This document shows positions 46,317 through 56,024 of a DNA stretch of 64,000 nt, piece after piece. Positions within the stretch are counted from its first letter, which is position 1. The number at the start of each line of letters is the position of its first letter. Source of the stretch: a virus; IMG/VR virus record IMGVR_UViG_3300043395_003024, positions 1 through 64,000 of that record; one strand, 5' to 3'. Both the position numbers and the translations under genes were made by a program. The notes below the pieces were generated by a model that saw only the letters and a program-made list of their open reading frames with translations, was not told where the DNA came from and made no database searches.

Positions 46317-48044
46317 TTAAATCTGTTCCGTGTATCTGTGAGTGTAGTAGATACGCAAATAAACATCAATCTGTTCGTTAGCTGCCCATGTCCCAGTTAT
46401 GCTTCCCCCGCCTATAACAGAAAACCTATAGAACCCTGCTTTGTCATATGCGCCATCCGTAAAGTCCCATGCCCTGCTCCTGGTTGTTCCGCCAGTAGGC
46501 CATGAACTTCCACTATTAAGAGATAGTAGAGTAGCAGAATCGTGACCAGCACCAGTTGTGCTATTCGACGCAGATATGCCAACGCTTGGGTTTCTGTTAG
46601 ATGTAACCGTATATGAAGTCGAAAGTGAGATGTATGCATATACTGTCGAACTGTATATGGCGTCATCATTTCCTGTAGTCCAGTTGAAGTATGTTCTAGC
46701 CATGCTGCCGCCAGTCACCTTCTTCGTATCCGTGTCATAGCTTGTGTTGTATGTTCTATAACCAGAAGTCACCCATCCAGATGTTGTAAATGACGTGCTT
46801 GAAGATACGCCATGTCCTTCTGTATTGTAAGTTGTTACCGTTGCTGTGACGTACATTCCCGGAGATATGCTTGCTGCGCCAAAAAGGGAGTTATATGTAT
46901 CAACACGCTGAACTTGATTTGCAGCGCTTGAATAAAACGGCCCAAAGGATTGGCCGACAATAAAGTCACTGTCTGTAGTGAAGTATATTTCCGTTCTGTC
47001 GTAGTTTTCACAAGCAGTTGGGCTAAATGTAATATTTACAGGCCTCTTACCATATGTTGCAGAGTTTCCATCTGTTGGGTAGCCGGAAACGCCGGCAATC
47101 GATACCGATGGTGCCGCAAACGTGGGAGTGCGTGCTGTTGATTTAGCGGAATATCCACCATAGTCACGAGCATTTTTTGCCCTAACTCTCCCAACATATG
47201 ATGTTCCGTTGGCCAATGTCCATGTATAGCTAGTGGATGTCGTTGTTTGTGCCCCAACCCAGTTAGCACCATCGTCTATTGAGTATTCAACTTGATATTC
47301 CGTAATGGCACTACCGCCATTTCCAGGGGCGCTCCAGCTAATTGTAAATCGCCTATCTCCAGACGACGACGATGGCGTACCTACTGCGTCTGGGACAGTA
47401 TATGGAGTTACTGGGGATGAATTGTCTGAAACCTGACCAGCACCAGCGGCAGTTTCGGCATATACGCGGAATACATATGACGTTCCATTTGATAGGCTTC
47501 CGACAGTTTCGCTCAGGTCATTTCCCGAGTCAATTGGTGATGACCAACTAGCTCCGCTATTACTTGAATACTGAACCCAATACTTACTAATTGACCTACC
47601 GCCGTTTGATGTTGGCGCACTATATGTTACTGTTACGTTCTGTGAAGACCCGCTGACAACACCTGTTATTGTCGGTTTCCCAGCAATTGTGTAAGGATTC
47701 GTATTGGTTGATAATGGGTCTGATGATGCTCCGCTGCCAAGAGCATTAACTGCACGAAGCTTTACGTAGTACTGCTGTCCGTTGGTTAGTCCGCCTATCG
47801 TCACAGGGGAGGCGGTATCAACAGGTGAAAGAGCGGTCCATGAACCGTATGATGAGCCACCATCGGTTGACAGCGCATACTCATAGTTGGATATGTTGAG
47901 TCCGCCATTAAAAGCAGGCGCAGTGAAAGAAATCGTTAGCTGTTGATTTCCCTCAATGGAGGAGAGGTTGGTTGGGGCAGTCGGAACAGAGCCTCCGCCA
48001 AAAAATCCTCTTGATGCTGTTGCTCTACCGCCAATATAAGGCAC
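46317..48044 (-). CDS. Fibronectin type III repeat virion protein
   Basis: Three FN3 repeats (P..NGG..I..Y.V.YS...L.NG..Y..RV.A). Confidence 0.88.
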   Translation of the reverse strand: MPYIGGRATASRGFFGGGSVPTAPTNLSSIEGNQQLTISFTAPAFNGGLNISNYEYALSTDGGSSYGSWTALSPVDTASPVTIGGLTNGQQYYVKLRAVNALGSGASSDPLSTNTNPYTIAGKPTITGVVSGSSQNVTVTYSAPTSNGGRSISKYWVQYSSNSGASWSSPIDSGNDLSETVGSLSNGTSYVFRVYAETAAGAGQVSDNSSPVTPYTVPDAVGTPSSSSGDRRFTISWSAPGNGGSAITEYQVEYSIDDGANWVGAQTTTSTSYTWTLANGTSYVGRVRAKNARDYGGYSAKSTARTPTFAAPSVSIAGVSGYPTDGNSATYGKRPVNITFSPTACENYDRTEIYFTTDSDFIVGQSFGPFYSSAANQVQRVDTYNSLFGAASISPGMYVTATVTTYNTEGHGVSSSTSFTTSGWVTSGYRTYNTSYDTDTKKVTGGSMARTYFNWTTGNDDAIYSSTVYAYISLSTSYTVTSNRNPSVGISASNSTTGAGHDSATLLSLNSGSSWPTGGTTRSRAWDFTDGAYDKAGFYRFSVIGGGSITGTWAANEQIDVYLRIYYTHRYTEQI

Positions 48045-48053
48045 TTTAGTTTC

Positions 48054-49340
48054 CTATGCAAACTTTGACTGGCTAGCGAGGACAATATATGTTGGGGTTG
48101 CCGCTGTTTTGATAATTGTTACCGTGTACGAGTCAACTGCGCCACCGCCGCTTCCGTCCGGGAAGCTGACGCCACCAAACCACTTAACTCCAGTTTGTGT
48201 CACACCATCAACAGCTATTGATGTCGGCCTACATGTTGTTGACCCAGAAGTGATTAGAACAACACCAGTAACAGATTGCCCAACAGATGTCATCGCATTA
48301 AATGAATTAGCTGTACCATCACCAGTGAAATTAAGAGAACACGATGCACTACTTGATGTCTCAAAGAAATGGATTCCCGATGTTAGGACGTCTATATTTT
48401 CAGTCCCTGAAGCGGCTCCCTGGAAGTGTACTTTTTCAATAATTTCTGCAAAATAAGAAGTTCCGGTAACTGACAGGTTATTTCCAACGCCAACATTTGA
48501 CGTAACAGATATTGATGAATCCAGTTTTGCAGAAGTAACGGCGCCTGCATTGATTTTTGCAGTAGTTACACCAAGGTCCTTTATTCTCAACGTATCAGAA
48601 TCTATTTCAATAGTAGAACTATCAACATTGACCGACAGTGCAGAGCCACCTCCGCCGGCAAGTCCATTTCCAGCGACTGCAGTGCTCAATTTCGCGCTTG
48701 TTATTCCGGAATCTTTTACACGAAGGGAGTCTGAATTTATCTCTATTGTTGAGTCGTCAACGTTGACAGATAGTGCGCTTCCGGCTCCACCAGCAAGACC
48801 GTTTCCGGCTACTGCTGCTGCTATTTTTGCACTAGTTATTCCAGAGTCCTTGACGCGCAGTGAATCCGAATTTATTTCGATTGTTGAGTTGTCAACATTT
48901 ACGGAGAGAGCCGAGCCATTTCCGCCAGCAAGACCATTACCAGCAACAGATGTAGTCAGTTTTGCTTCAGTAACTGTGTTATCGGCAACGTCGGAAGCAA
49001 CAATAGTGCCTGGAGCTATTTTGTCGGATGTTACCGAGTTATTTGCCAGTTTCGCTTCAGTGATAGAGCCGTCTGCAACTGTAAATTGCGACGCCGACTG
49101 CCATGAAGTGCCGTTGTAATACTGAACTTCATTAATGTCGTCTAGATAACAGAATCGCCCTTCTGACAGTTCCGGCTTGCCATCTCCGCCCTGCGATACA
49201 GGTATCCCGTCCCCGAATGCCAAGTCCCTAGCGGCCGCATCAGCAAAGCGGGAAATAACCTGGTCCATAAGATAACTATTGACATCAGCTGCATATGCGA
49301 TTTCACCAGAAAGGAATAACCTTACTCCTGAGCCAGCCAT
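48054..49340 (-). CDS. Tail fibre/structural protein with three 45-aa repeats
   Basis: VAGNGLAGG.GSALSVNVD.STIEI.SD.LR.KD x3, 135-nt period (48664/48799/48934). Confidence 0.8.
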   Translation of the reverse strand: MAGSGVRLFLSGEIAYAADVNSYLMDQVISRFADAAARDLAFGDGIPVSQGGDGKPELSEGRFCYLDDINEVQYYNGTSWQSASQFTVADGSITEAKLANNSVTSDKIAPGTIVASDVADNTVTEAKLTTSVAGNGLAGGNGSALSVNVDNSTIEINSDSLRVKDSGITSAKIAAAVAGNGLAGGAGSALSVNVDDSTIEINSDSLRVKDSGITSAKLSTAVAGNGLAGGGGSALSVNVDSSTIEIDSDTLRIKDLGVTTAKINAGAVTSAKLDSSISVTSNVGVGNNLSVTGTSYFAEIIEKVHFQGAASGTENIDVLTSGIHFFETSSSASCSLNFTGDGTANSFNAMTSVGQSVTGVVLITSGSTTCRPTSIAVDGVTQTGVKWFGGVSFPDGSGGGAVDSYTVTIIKTAATPTYIVLASQSKFA

Positions 49341-49378
49341 ACTATTCTCCTGAATCCTTAATTAATGATTTTACCATT

Positions 49379-50587
49379 TCAGCCGAACCTCATCGAGTCG
49401 AGAACTCCAAGAGTTGGGTCGTCAAACGAGAAGAAGAACTCGTCAACAGTTTCGTGGACAACCTTATATCCCATTGGTTTGGCCCAATTGACGGATTGGA
49501 GAACAACGTGGCTCTCTTCTCCGGCATCTGCATCTGGCGTTTCATTTGTGAGTGTCTGAACTTTTATTGTGAACAAGTCGTCTAGATATCTGGGCGTAAC
49601 CGCTACAGATAGGGTCGTTGGTTCGCCATCTTTTGTATAAATAAGAACTTGCCTAGCCGCCTCGACCATTGCTCTACGCGTTCCTGCAGCTCTTCCATAA
49701 AATGAGTAGCGAAGTTGCCATTCAATAAAGTCTCTCCTCGCAGATTCGTTTTGAAAAAATACAGACCCATCTGCATATTCAATATTCTGCTTCAGTGCAG
49801 TGCCAGTGAACTGGGACAGCCACGGAGTATATGGTCCGCGTACGGAGCGTGGTGATACCAATGAACTCTGTGCCCAATTAAACATTGAGTCATATGGGCT
49901 ATCAAGCTGCGCTTGCTCTACCCCATACATAAGGTCGTGCTCTATTGCTGTTTCACCAGCAGCAGATGTAAGTATGTCTATTAGGCGAAAGTATGGATAC
50001 GTCGGTGCTTCTTGGGCTGAATCAATTTCAAAATAAAAATCGGGCAAGAAATTTCTCATTCTGCCAACAAACGGATTTTCATAAAATGCAAAATCGTGAA
50101 TGAGGTGCGGTAGTGTTACATGAATTGTCGCGGCATTGTGATTTTCTATAGTAATGCGAATTGTTGCCGTATGCAGCTGTCCATCATTTGGTACTACGAC
50201 AGTGTTGGTATGAACAGCATTGTATAGCCCGCTTGTTAGCGTCTCCTGCACAGCAGTATTATTGTCGTCTTCATCAATAAATAGAAGACCGGATACTGAC
50301 ATTGGAGACAATGCTTTTAGCTTTATATTCGCTGACAATATTCTGTCATTATCTGCAATGTTAAGTGGAATAGCTGCAAGTTCTAGGACAATTGGGGCTA
50401 GTGACGAAGGTGAAAGTTCAAGTACATAGCGCGTGTCTACTACGAATTCACGCCCAATAATGGCAACTGTCGCATTTGTGGCAGTCCAGTTGTGTGGTAC
50501 TTCATTTATCGCGATAATTGCATTATTTTGGGTGGAGACGCGCATCAACGCATCGGCGTTAGATAACAAGTTTCTAGTTCTGGCCAT
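49379..50587 (-). CDS. Baseplate wedge/tail protein
   Basis: Follows J-like gene; LPDFY...PWLSQFTG...GTRRAM...KPMG. Confidence 0.7.
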   Translation of the reverse strand: MARTRNLLSNADALMRVSTQNNAIIAINEVPHNWTATNATVAIIGREFVVDTRYVLELSPSSLAPIVLELAAIPLNIADNDRILSANIKLKALSPMSVSGLLFIDEDDNNTAVQETLTSGLYNAVHTNTVVVPNDGQLHTATIRITIENHNAATIHVTLPHLIHDFAFYENPFVGRMRNFLPDFYFEIDSAQEAPTYPYFRLIDILTSAAGETAIEHDLMYGVEQAQLDSPYDSMFNWAQSSLVSPRSVRGPYTPWLSQFTGTALKQNIEYADGSVFFQNESARRDFIEWQLRYSFYGRAAGTRRAMVEAARQVLIYTKDGEPTTLSVAVTPRYLDDLFTIKVQTLTNETPDADAGEESHVVLQSVNWAKPMGYKVVHETVDEFFFSFDDPTLGVLDSMRFG

Positions 50588-50589
50588 AT

Positions 50590-52053
50590 TTATCCACCAA
50601 CATCAATCGATGTATAGGTTATGTCTAGGTCATCTAGAGACAGAACGGGGAGTGACCCCTTGTACCTAAACAGAATGTCATTGTCGTGCTTTGGCAGCCA
50701 TCCAGAACCTGTTGGAGTGAGTGTTAGTGACTCAACGTATACAACTCCTGGAAGTGAGCTGATTAGTGCAATTATTTGACTTTGCCTAATGCGGTCCAAT
50801 GACAGCGGGAAATTAGCTGGGCTAATAAAGTCTACAAGAGCATCTTCTATAGCTTCTATCAGGGATGATTGTTCGTATTGCTGATTAAGCTTTATTGCTC
50901 CTGATATTTCTAACGTAACTAGCTCTGGGTCAATGATGTCAAACGTAAGCCCGGCATTGGATTTAGAACGCACATCTGTAATGATGTCAAGTTTTTCTAT
51001 AGAGCTAAGCTCTGTGTTATTGCCATAAGCAACAACAGTTACGTATCCCTGAACGTCCTGTCCCGCATATGCGGAGCCCGTAACTACGGTACTGGCAGAG
51101 TTTCCGGCAACTTTTACAAAACTAAAAGTAGTATCTCCGGTTGCTGTAACTGTATGTTCGCCATTGAATGTTGCACTGACTGACGCATTAAAAATATCAA
51201 GCTCAACAACATCGCCAACTACAAATAAATGTGGGGCTTCGGTCTCAATAGTCGCAAGATTGCTATTTAGAAATGTTTTTATTACGCCAGATGAACGATT
51301 TACAGTTATGTCTCCTCCACCGCTATCGCCATTTGTAAGGTCAAATGTTTTTGCCCTTGTTATTACGCCTGGGTAATTTGTCAACAAATAAGCATCAACC
51401 TGCGCAGGACGGACGAGCGCGGAGGTGAGTGAACGTAGATATGTTGTGGCCTTTGATAGATAATCCTCGTCTGAGTCTTCGTTTATGCCATTGGCAAAAT
51501 TAGCAGGAGTTGCGATAACTGCAGAAACAATGTCTGTTCCAGATGACACTACAGACAACTCAATCCCTGGGGTGAGGGGCGGCATAACTCCTGCAGCTGT
51601 TGCTACAACTGTTGCGATTTCTGATGGGTATTCGGTCTCGCCCGGCGCGGTCGGTGGTATTACCAGTGCTGATGTTGTCTGAAAACCATATTGCTGAACC
51701 TCATCTTCAAATAGGGTGTCGTAAACAAATACGGTTCCAGCAGGAATTGTGGCTCCGTCATAAGAGCCAACGGTTATTTCAACATCTACTTCTGCCGGGA
51801 TAGCATCCTGCCTTTGATACCCGAGTATTTGCACAATGCCAGCCATAAGTCTGTCTGGCAAACGATTAATCGCGTTGATGTTTAGGGCGCTTATATATGC
51901 AGCAGCCTGAAATATGGCATCCTCTGGGGTCCCAACACGAAGATTGAAGTCCGGCAATGAAATGCGTGCTAGTTCAATTGAGTCTCTATATATATCCCCT
52001 GGCTCTTTATCAAAAATTGATAAGTCCACATATTCTGAAAAATCTGCTGGCAT
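50590..52053 (-). CDS. Baseplate J-like protein
   Basis: TIPAGT, G..EDSDEDY, ISSLPGVVYV. Confidence 0.88.
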   Translation of the reverse strand: MPADFSEYVDLSIFDKEPGDIYRDSIELARISLPDFNLRVGTPEDAIFQAAAYISALNINAINRLPDRLMAGIVQILGYQRQDAIPAEVDVEITVGSYDGATIPAGTVFVYDTLFEDEVQQYGFQTTSALVIPPTAPGETEYPSEIATVVATAAGVMPPLTPGIELSVVSSGTDIVSAVIATPANFANGINEDSDEDYLSKATTYLRSLTSALVRPAQVDAYLLTNYPGVITRAKTFDLTNGDSGGGDITVNRSSGVIKTFLNSNLATIETEAPHLFVVGDVVELDIFNASVSATFNGEHTVTATGDTTFSFVKVAGNSASTVVTGSAYAGQDVQGYVTVVAYGNNTELSSIEKLDIITDVRSKSNAGLTFDIIDPELVTLEISGAIKLNQQYEQSSLIEAIEDALVDFISPANFPLSLDRIRQSQIIALISSLPGVVYVESLTLTPTGSGWLPKHDNDILFRYKGSLPVLSLDDLDITYTSIDVGG

Positions 52054-52066
52054 GGCTATTTGACCT

Positions 52067-52369
52067 TTAGCTTGTTATCTCAAACGAAACATTTACTTTT
52101 GACGAACCAGAAACAATATCCTTGCTCAAGATGTCTATTTTAGTTATTGTGACTTCTGGAACAAATTGCGACGCATTGAGCACGAACATGCTTTTATCAA
52201 TAACGCTGAACGATGGGTCGTATGAGCCAAACTGGGGACTCATTGGGTGCGTAGTCGGCTCAGTTAGCATGCAGATTGACAAAAGCTGCGCATAATAATC
52301 CGTTGTGTTTTCCTCGAGCTTCTGCAGCCCACTGGAGTCAAATCTGACGGGGAACTTCATCATTTGCAT
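52067..52369 (-). CDS. Baseplate wedge, gp25-like
   Basis: FP.RF...LTEP..HPMSPQFG; position. Confidence 0.75.
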   Translation of the reverse strand: MQMMKFPVRFDSSGLQKLEENTTDYYAQLLSICMLTEPTTHPMSPQFGSYDPSFSVIDKSMFVLNASQFVPEVTITKIDILSKDIVSGSSKVNVSFEITS

Positions 52370-52371
52370 AA

Positions 52372-52731
52372 CTATGCTCCCTCGAGTTCCTCTACGCGCT
52401 GAATTAAATTAGTCACCAAATTAAATAGAGTGTCATATTCCACTAATGTTGGGTATATGTTTGCTCTAATTCGTGAAGAGCCAAAAACAATAAGCTCAGT
52501 AAAGAATTCATCCGCAAAAGAGCACTTCACTGAATCCCCAACAGAGTAGTGAGAATTTGGAGTTGTATTTAGGGGGATAATCCCATCAAATGTTGACCCA
52601 AGTTCCAAAATATGAACAGAAATGGCTCCACGCTCGTCGACAGACTTGACCGTACCCGTGTAGAACCGCCCTGGTTTCAGGGGGTGAGATGACGCCTTGT
52701 CTGCGCTAATTATATCTGGACGCATATTCAT
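52372..52731 (-). CDS. Baseplate spike OB-fold protein
   Basis: YTGTVKSVD...VGDSV.C.F.D; position. Confidence 0.65.
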   Translation of the reverse strand: MNMRPDIISADKASSHPLKPGRFYTGTVKSVDERGAISVHILELGSTFDGIIPLNTTPNSHYSVGDSVKCSFADEFFTELIVFGSSRIRANIYPTLVEYDTLFNLVTNLIQRVEELEGA

Positions 52732-52767
52732 ACCTTACTATTTTAAATGAATTCGTGTGCCGACATG

Positions 52768-54495
52768 TCACCAGTTGCTATCTGTAGAGCCGGGGGTGTT
52801 GACAAGTGATGAAAAGGAAAACCCAGGAAATCTTTTTCTCATAATCAAGTTTTGTTGAAAACTAAGCAAAAAGGCATAATCGCGTGCGTTAAGCCTTGCT
52901 TCATTGATGGTTCCTCCGGCTATCACCCCAAGATGCTTAGCTGTGCCTGAATATCCACCGCCTTCGTTATACCGCGAAAGCACTTCATCTTCTGTTCTGG
53001 TAACTGCCACGCCATCTTTTGTATAAATAGTTGGCAGAATAACTGCCCTATATTCTGAGCCAGCCGCAACAACGTGGATAACTGGATTTGACCACAGCGT
53101 CATATATCCAGTCACCGAGCTACCGGATTTGTTCAATACAGGCACAATTGGTCGCTCCCAGAGGTCTATATTGCCGGTCAGAATAATTGTATTTCGCTGA
53201 TTTGTACTTGCCGGTATTCGGCCAACTTGCGCAGCATATGTTCGCGAAATGTTTGCATACTCCATCAGTGGGTATCTATACCTGTTGTCTGTGTCCGGCA
53301 GGTTTTCGCCAGTTATTCTCTTATCCGTCGATGGGCTTGAAATCGGTATACCTTTTTCTATTTGGGCAACCTGTGCGGTTGTCCTGATTGGCTGACCTAT
53401 AACTGCTGTTTGTTGGTATGTCTGCCCTATTGGAAGGAGCTTGATTTCCTCTTTTTCCTCATCTCTTGTTAAAGTTCTGAAGCTAATCGTGACTGGTTCT
53501 GGAACCATTTCTTTATAGGAAACTGCATCGACGATGTAGTACCCAGACATGTTTGGTACACGTCCAACGTATGCGGTCATCCCTGGTCTCACTTGAACGC
53601 CATTGAATCTCTCAACCAAACAGCTGCCTTCTGCTGCATACGGGTCGTTTGCCGATTTAGTTATTGTTGGACGCTCAACAAGTCGAAAATAACCGGGCGT
53701 TCCTACATACCCATCCCCGCTATTTGGCCATTGCAGTGGTATAAAGCGACGCGCAAGACGTTTAATTTTCTTCTTTTTTGTCTTCGGGTCGGCAACTTTC
53801 TTATTTATATACCGTATGTCTGTTCCCCATTTATGCATCAAAAATTTTTCAGATGCAAATATGAGTACTCCGTCTACTTCGAATAGTAAAAATTTTGCGT
53901 CATCTGCAAGTCTTTGCATTACAACCCATAGGTCTTCTTTTTGTTTAGAACCGCTCGATTTAGTAATTTTTTTAGCCTTGGATGTCTCTTCGCAATAGAA
54001 TTCTAATCCATATTTTTTCGCTGCATTTTTTATAAATTGAGTGCCATTGCCCTTTACCTCTCCAGGCTTCTTGTCGCGTTTCATTTGCTGAATTGCTTTT
54101 GTATAACACTTAACTGAATAGATTGCGCTGCCGCCTGGACCCTGCGAAACACTTACGTTGGCTATTTCAAACAGAAGTCTGATTGGGCGAACTTCTCCGG
54201 AGTAGGAGTTAACTCTGCCAAGCGTTTGAGTCTCATAAATCACATCTCGGCCGAGAATAAAATAATTATTTTGAGACATCTTTAAGTCAATATCAATAAC
54301 ATCGAATGACAACTCTGAAGCTAGAGATATCGAGTAACTAATATCTACAGATGTCACATTTGCTGATATGTCTGCCTGAAGATTATCTGGCAGTGATGCG
54401 ATGATTATTTTTCTTTCGAACGGCCCGCGAAAATTTGTTAAGTTTCTGCTGTCTTTATATGTATCGACAGTTTCTGGCAAAAAAACCCTAGACAT
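52768..54495 (-). CDS. Baseplate hub protein
   Basis: AKKYGL, W..MQRLA......FEVDGVLIFA; position. Confidence 0.7.
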   Translation of the reverse strand: MSRVFLPETVDTYKDSRNLTNFRGPFERKIIIASLPDNLQADISANVTSVDISYSISLASELSFDVIDIDLKMSQNNYFILGRDVIYETQTLGRVNSYSGEVRPIRLLFEIANVSVSQGPGGSAIYSVKCYTKAIQQMKRDKKPGEVKGNGTQFIKNAAKKYGLEFYCEETSKAKKITKSSGSKQKEDLWVVMQRLADDAKFLLFEVDGVLIFASEKFLMHKWGTDIRYINKKVADPKTKKKKIKRLARRFIPLQWPNSGDGYVGTPGYFRLVERPTITKSANDPYAAEGSCLVERFNGVQVRPGMTAYVGRVPNMSGYYIVDAVSYKEMVPEPVTISFRTLTRDEEKEEIKLLPIGQTYQQTAVIGQPIRTTAQVAQIEKGIPISSPSTDKRITGENLPDTDNRYRYPLMEYANISRTYAAQVGRIPASTNQRNTIILTGNIDLWERPIVPVLNKSGSSVTGYMTLWSNPVIHVVAAGSEYRAVILPTIYTKDGVAVTRTEDEVLSRYNEGGGYSGTAKHLGVIAGGTINEARLNARDYAFLLSFQQNLIMRKRFPGFSFSSLVNTPGSTDSNW

Positions 54496-54518
54496 ATATA
54501 TCTACGCTTTCAGCCATA

Positions 54519-56024
54519 TCAACCCTGCGCGTTTTCGTGGAAACACGCAGAGTTCGGAATGTGCCCTAAATTATTTGGAGCGGAATCTGTTGCATAATTT
54601 ATGCACGGTGTTGGGTCGCCGCCTGGTGTTGGCGTGGTCGGAACTTTTGGAACTTTTCTTAGCTTGGGCATGAATATTACTTGGTCTTTCGTTAGCCGAA
54701 CTTCCTGAATTGTCATGCTTACAGTTGCTCTACTTATCCTTCCAACCTCAACATTTGACCCCTGTGGCGTTCTCTGAACAGAGTTTATTGACATTTCAAC
54801 AATGGCCCATTCCCTGTAGTTTGCTTCAAGTGGCGTAAAAATTGCTGCCTCGTCAAACAGTGAGTCAAAGTTCGTAAACACAACAAGTTCTGGCCTATTG
54901 GCCATTCTCTGAAGTTGATGTAGCCGCGATTCGCAGTCCTCATACAGGCTTGAAATATTTTGCGTATAGCTTTCGACGACAAATTCAAATGATATTTTCA
55001 TCAGCTTGTTGTTTCGGTAATCAACTAGAGGAAAATTATTAACTCTATCGACCTCAGTCCATGTAATACCTATATTGGTATATTGAATATTGTTTGGCCT
55101 TAGGTTAAATATGTACGTATCAAGTACTACTTTTTGTGATGAAGTAGCTGACGCCGTCCTCTGTATCATTTTTGGTAGATTGTCAGGAGCGGATGTTGAT
55201 GTCCCTATTTGCGCTGACCCCTGCGAGTTGACGGTAAATGACCCAACCGCTCCCTGGGTGGTGCCAGTCCTAACCTGTGCTGTCTGCGTTGCCCGCCCAG
55301 CTGTTGCTCCACCAATAGCCATTGAACGCTCATCTAGAGAAGCAACAAGTGCTGATGCCGCGGATGATGAGGAACCCTGGGATATAAGCTCTTTAATCTG
55401 CGCAAAAGAAAAGTTATCTAAATTCATATCTTTTGCATCCCCAATAAACCTGTCCCAGCGAGACTGTGTAGGCTCATCGAAGTCCGGAAGTTCGGTGATT
55501 GCGTCAATGTTTGCCAAAACAAAGAACTTCTTCAGGAGTGGGTGATACCAGTGCTGAACCCATGTGTCTGACGTATCAGTAAATTTGCGCCACTTACGTA
55601 TCGTAGATGACTTGTACGGATTCTCGGAAAGCGGCAATCCCGACAGTCCCCAGTCAAATGTGAACCTGGTTGCTACATATATTGTATTGGCGTACACAAT
55701 TTTTTGATTAATTGGGTAATCATCGTATTTTGTAGTTCTCGGATTTGAATACGGTATTTGCGGAGCGCGTTTCGCCTGGTCATCTGACCACCCATATTCA
55801 TCGCCAGCTTCATATTCAATATAGTTTGCTTCGTTCGTAGCTACGTCTAAAAATGGCAACCAGTACATCTCATTAGATATGAGTGTGTAGTGTTCAGGAA
55901 ACTGTGGTGATGCTACGTCTGATGTCTGCTTATATCGCTGTTTTATTGGATAGCCTTTACGTAGACTTGCATTATCAGACTGCGTGTACCCAACGGTTAC
56001 GTAAAGAAGGTTTCCGTATGCCAT
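54519..56024 (-). CDS. Tail tube initiator/baseplate protein
   Basis: Follows TMP; C-terminal tube-like domain (F..RPN.I.Y...ATVSMTIQE). Confidence 0.6.
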   Translation of the reverse strand: MAYGNLLYVTVGYTQSDNASLRKGYPIKQRYKQTSDVASPQFPEHYTLISNEMYWLPFLDVATNEANYIEYEAGDEYGWSDDQAKRAPQIPYSNPRTTKYDDYPINQKIVYANTIYVATRFTFDWGLSGLPLSENPYKSSTIRKWRKFTDTSDTWVQHWYHPLLKKFFVLANIDAITELPDFDEPTQSRWDRFIGDAKDMNLDNFSFAQIKELISQGSSSSAASALVASLDERSMAIGGATAGRATQTAQVRTGTTQGAVGSFTVNSQGSAQIGTSTSAPDNLPKMIQRTASATSSQKVVLDTYIFNLRPNNIQYTNIGITWTEVDRVNNFPLVDYRNNKLMKISFEFVVESYTQNISSLYEDCESRLHQLQRMANRPELVVFTNFDSLFDEAAIFTPLEANYREWAIVEMSINSVQRTPQGSNVEVGRISRATVSMTIQEVRLTKDQVIFMPKLRKVPKVPTTPTPGGDPTPCINYATDSAPNNLGHIPNSACFHENAQG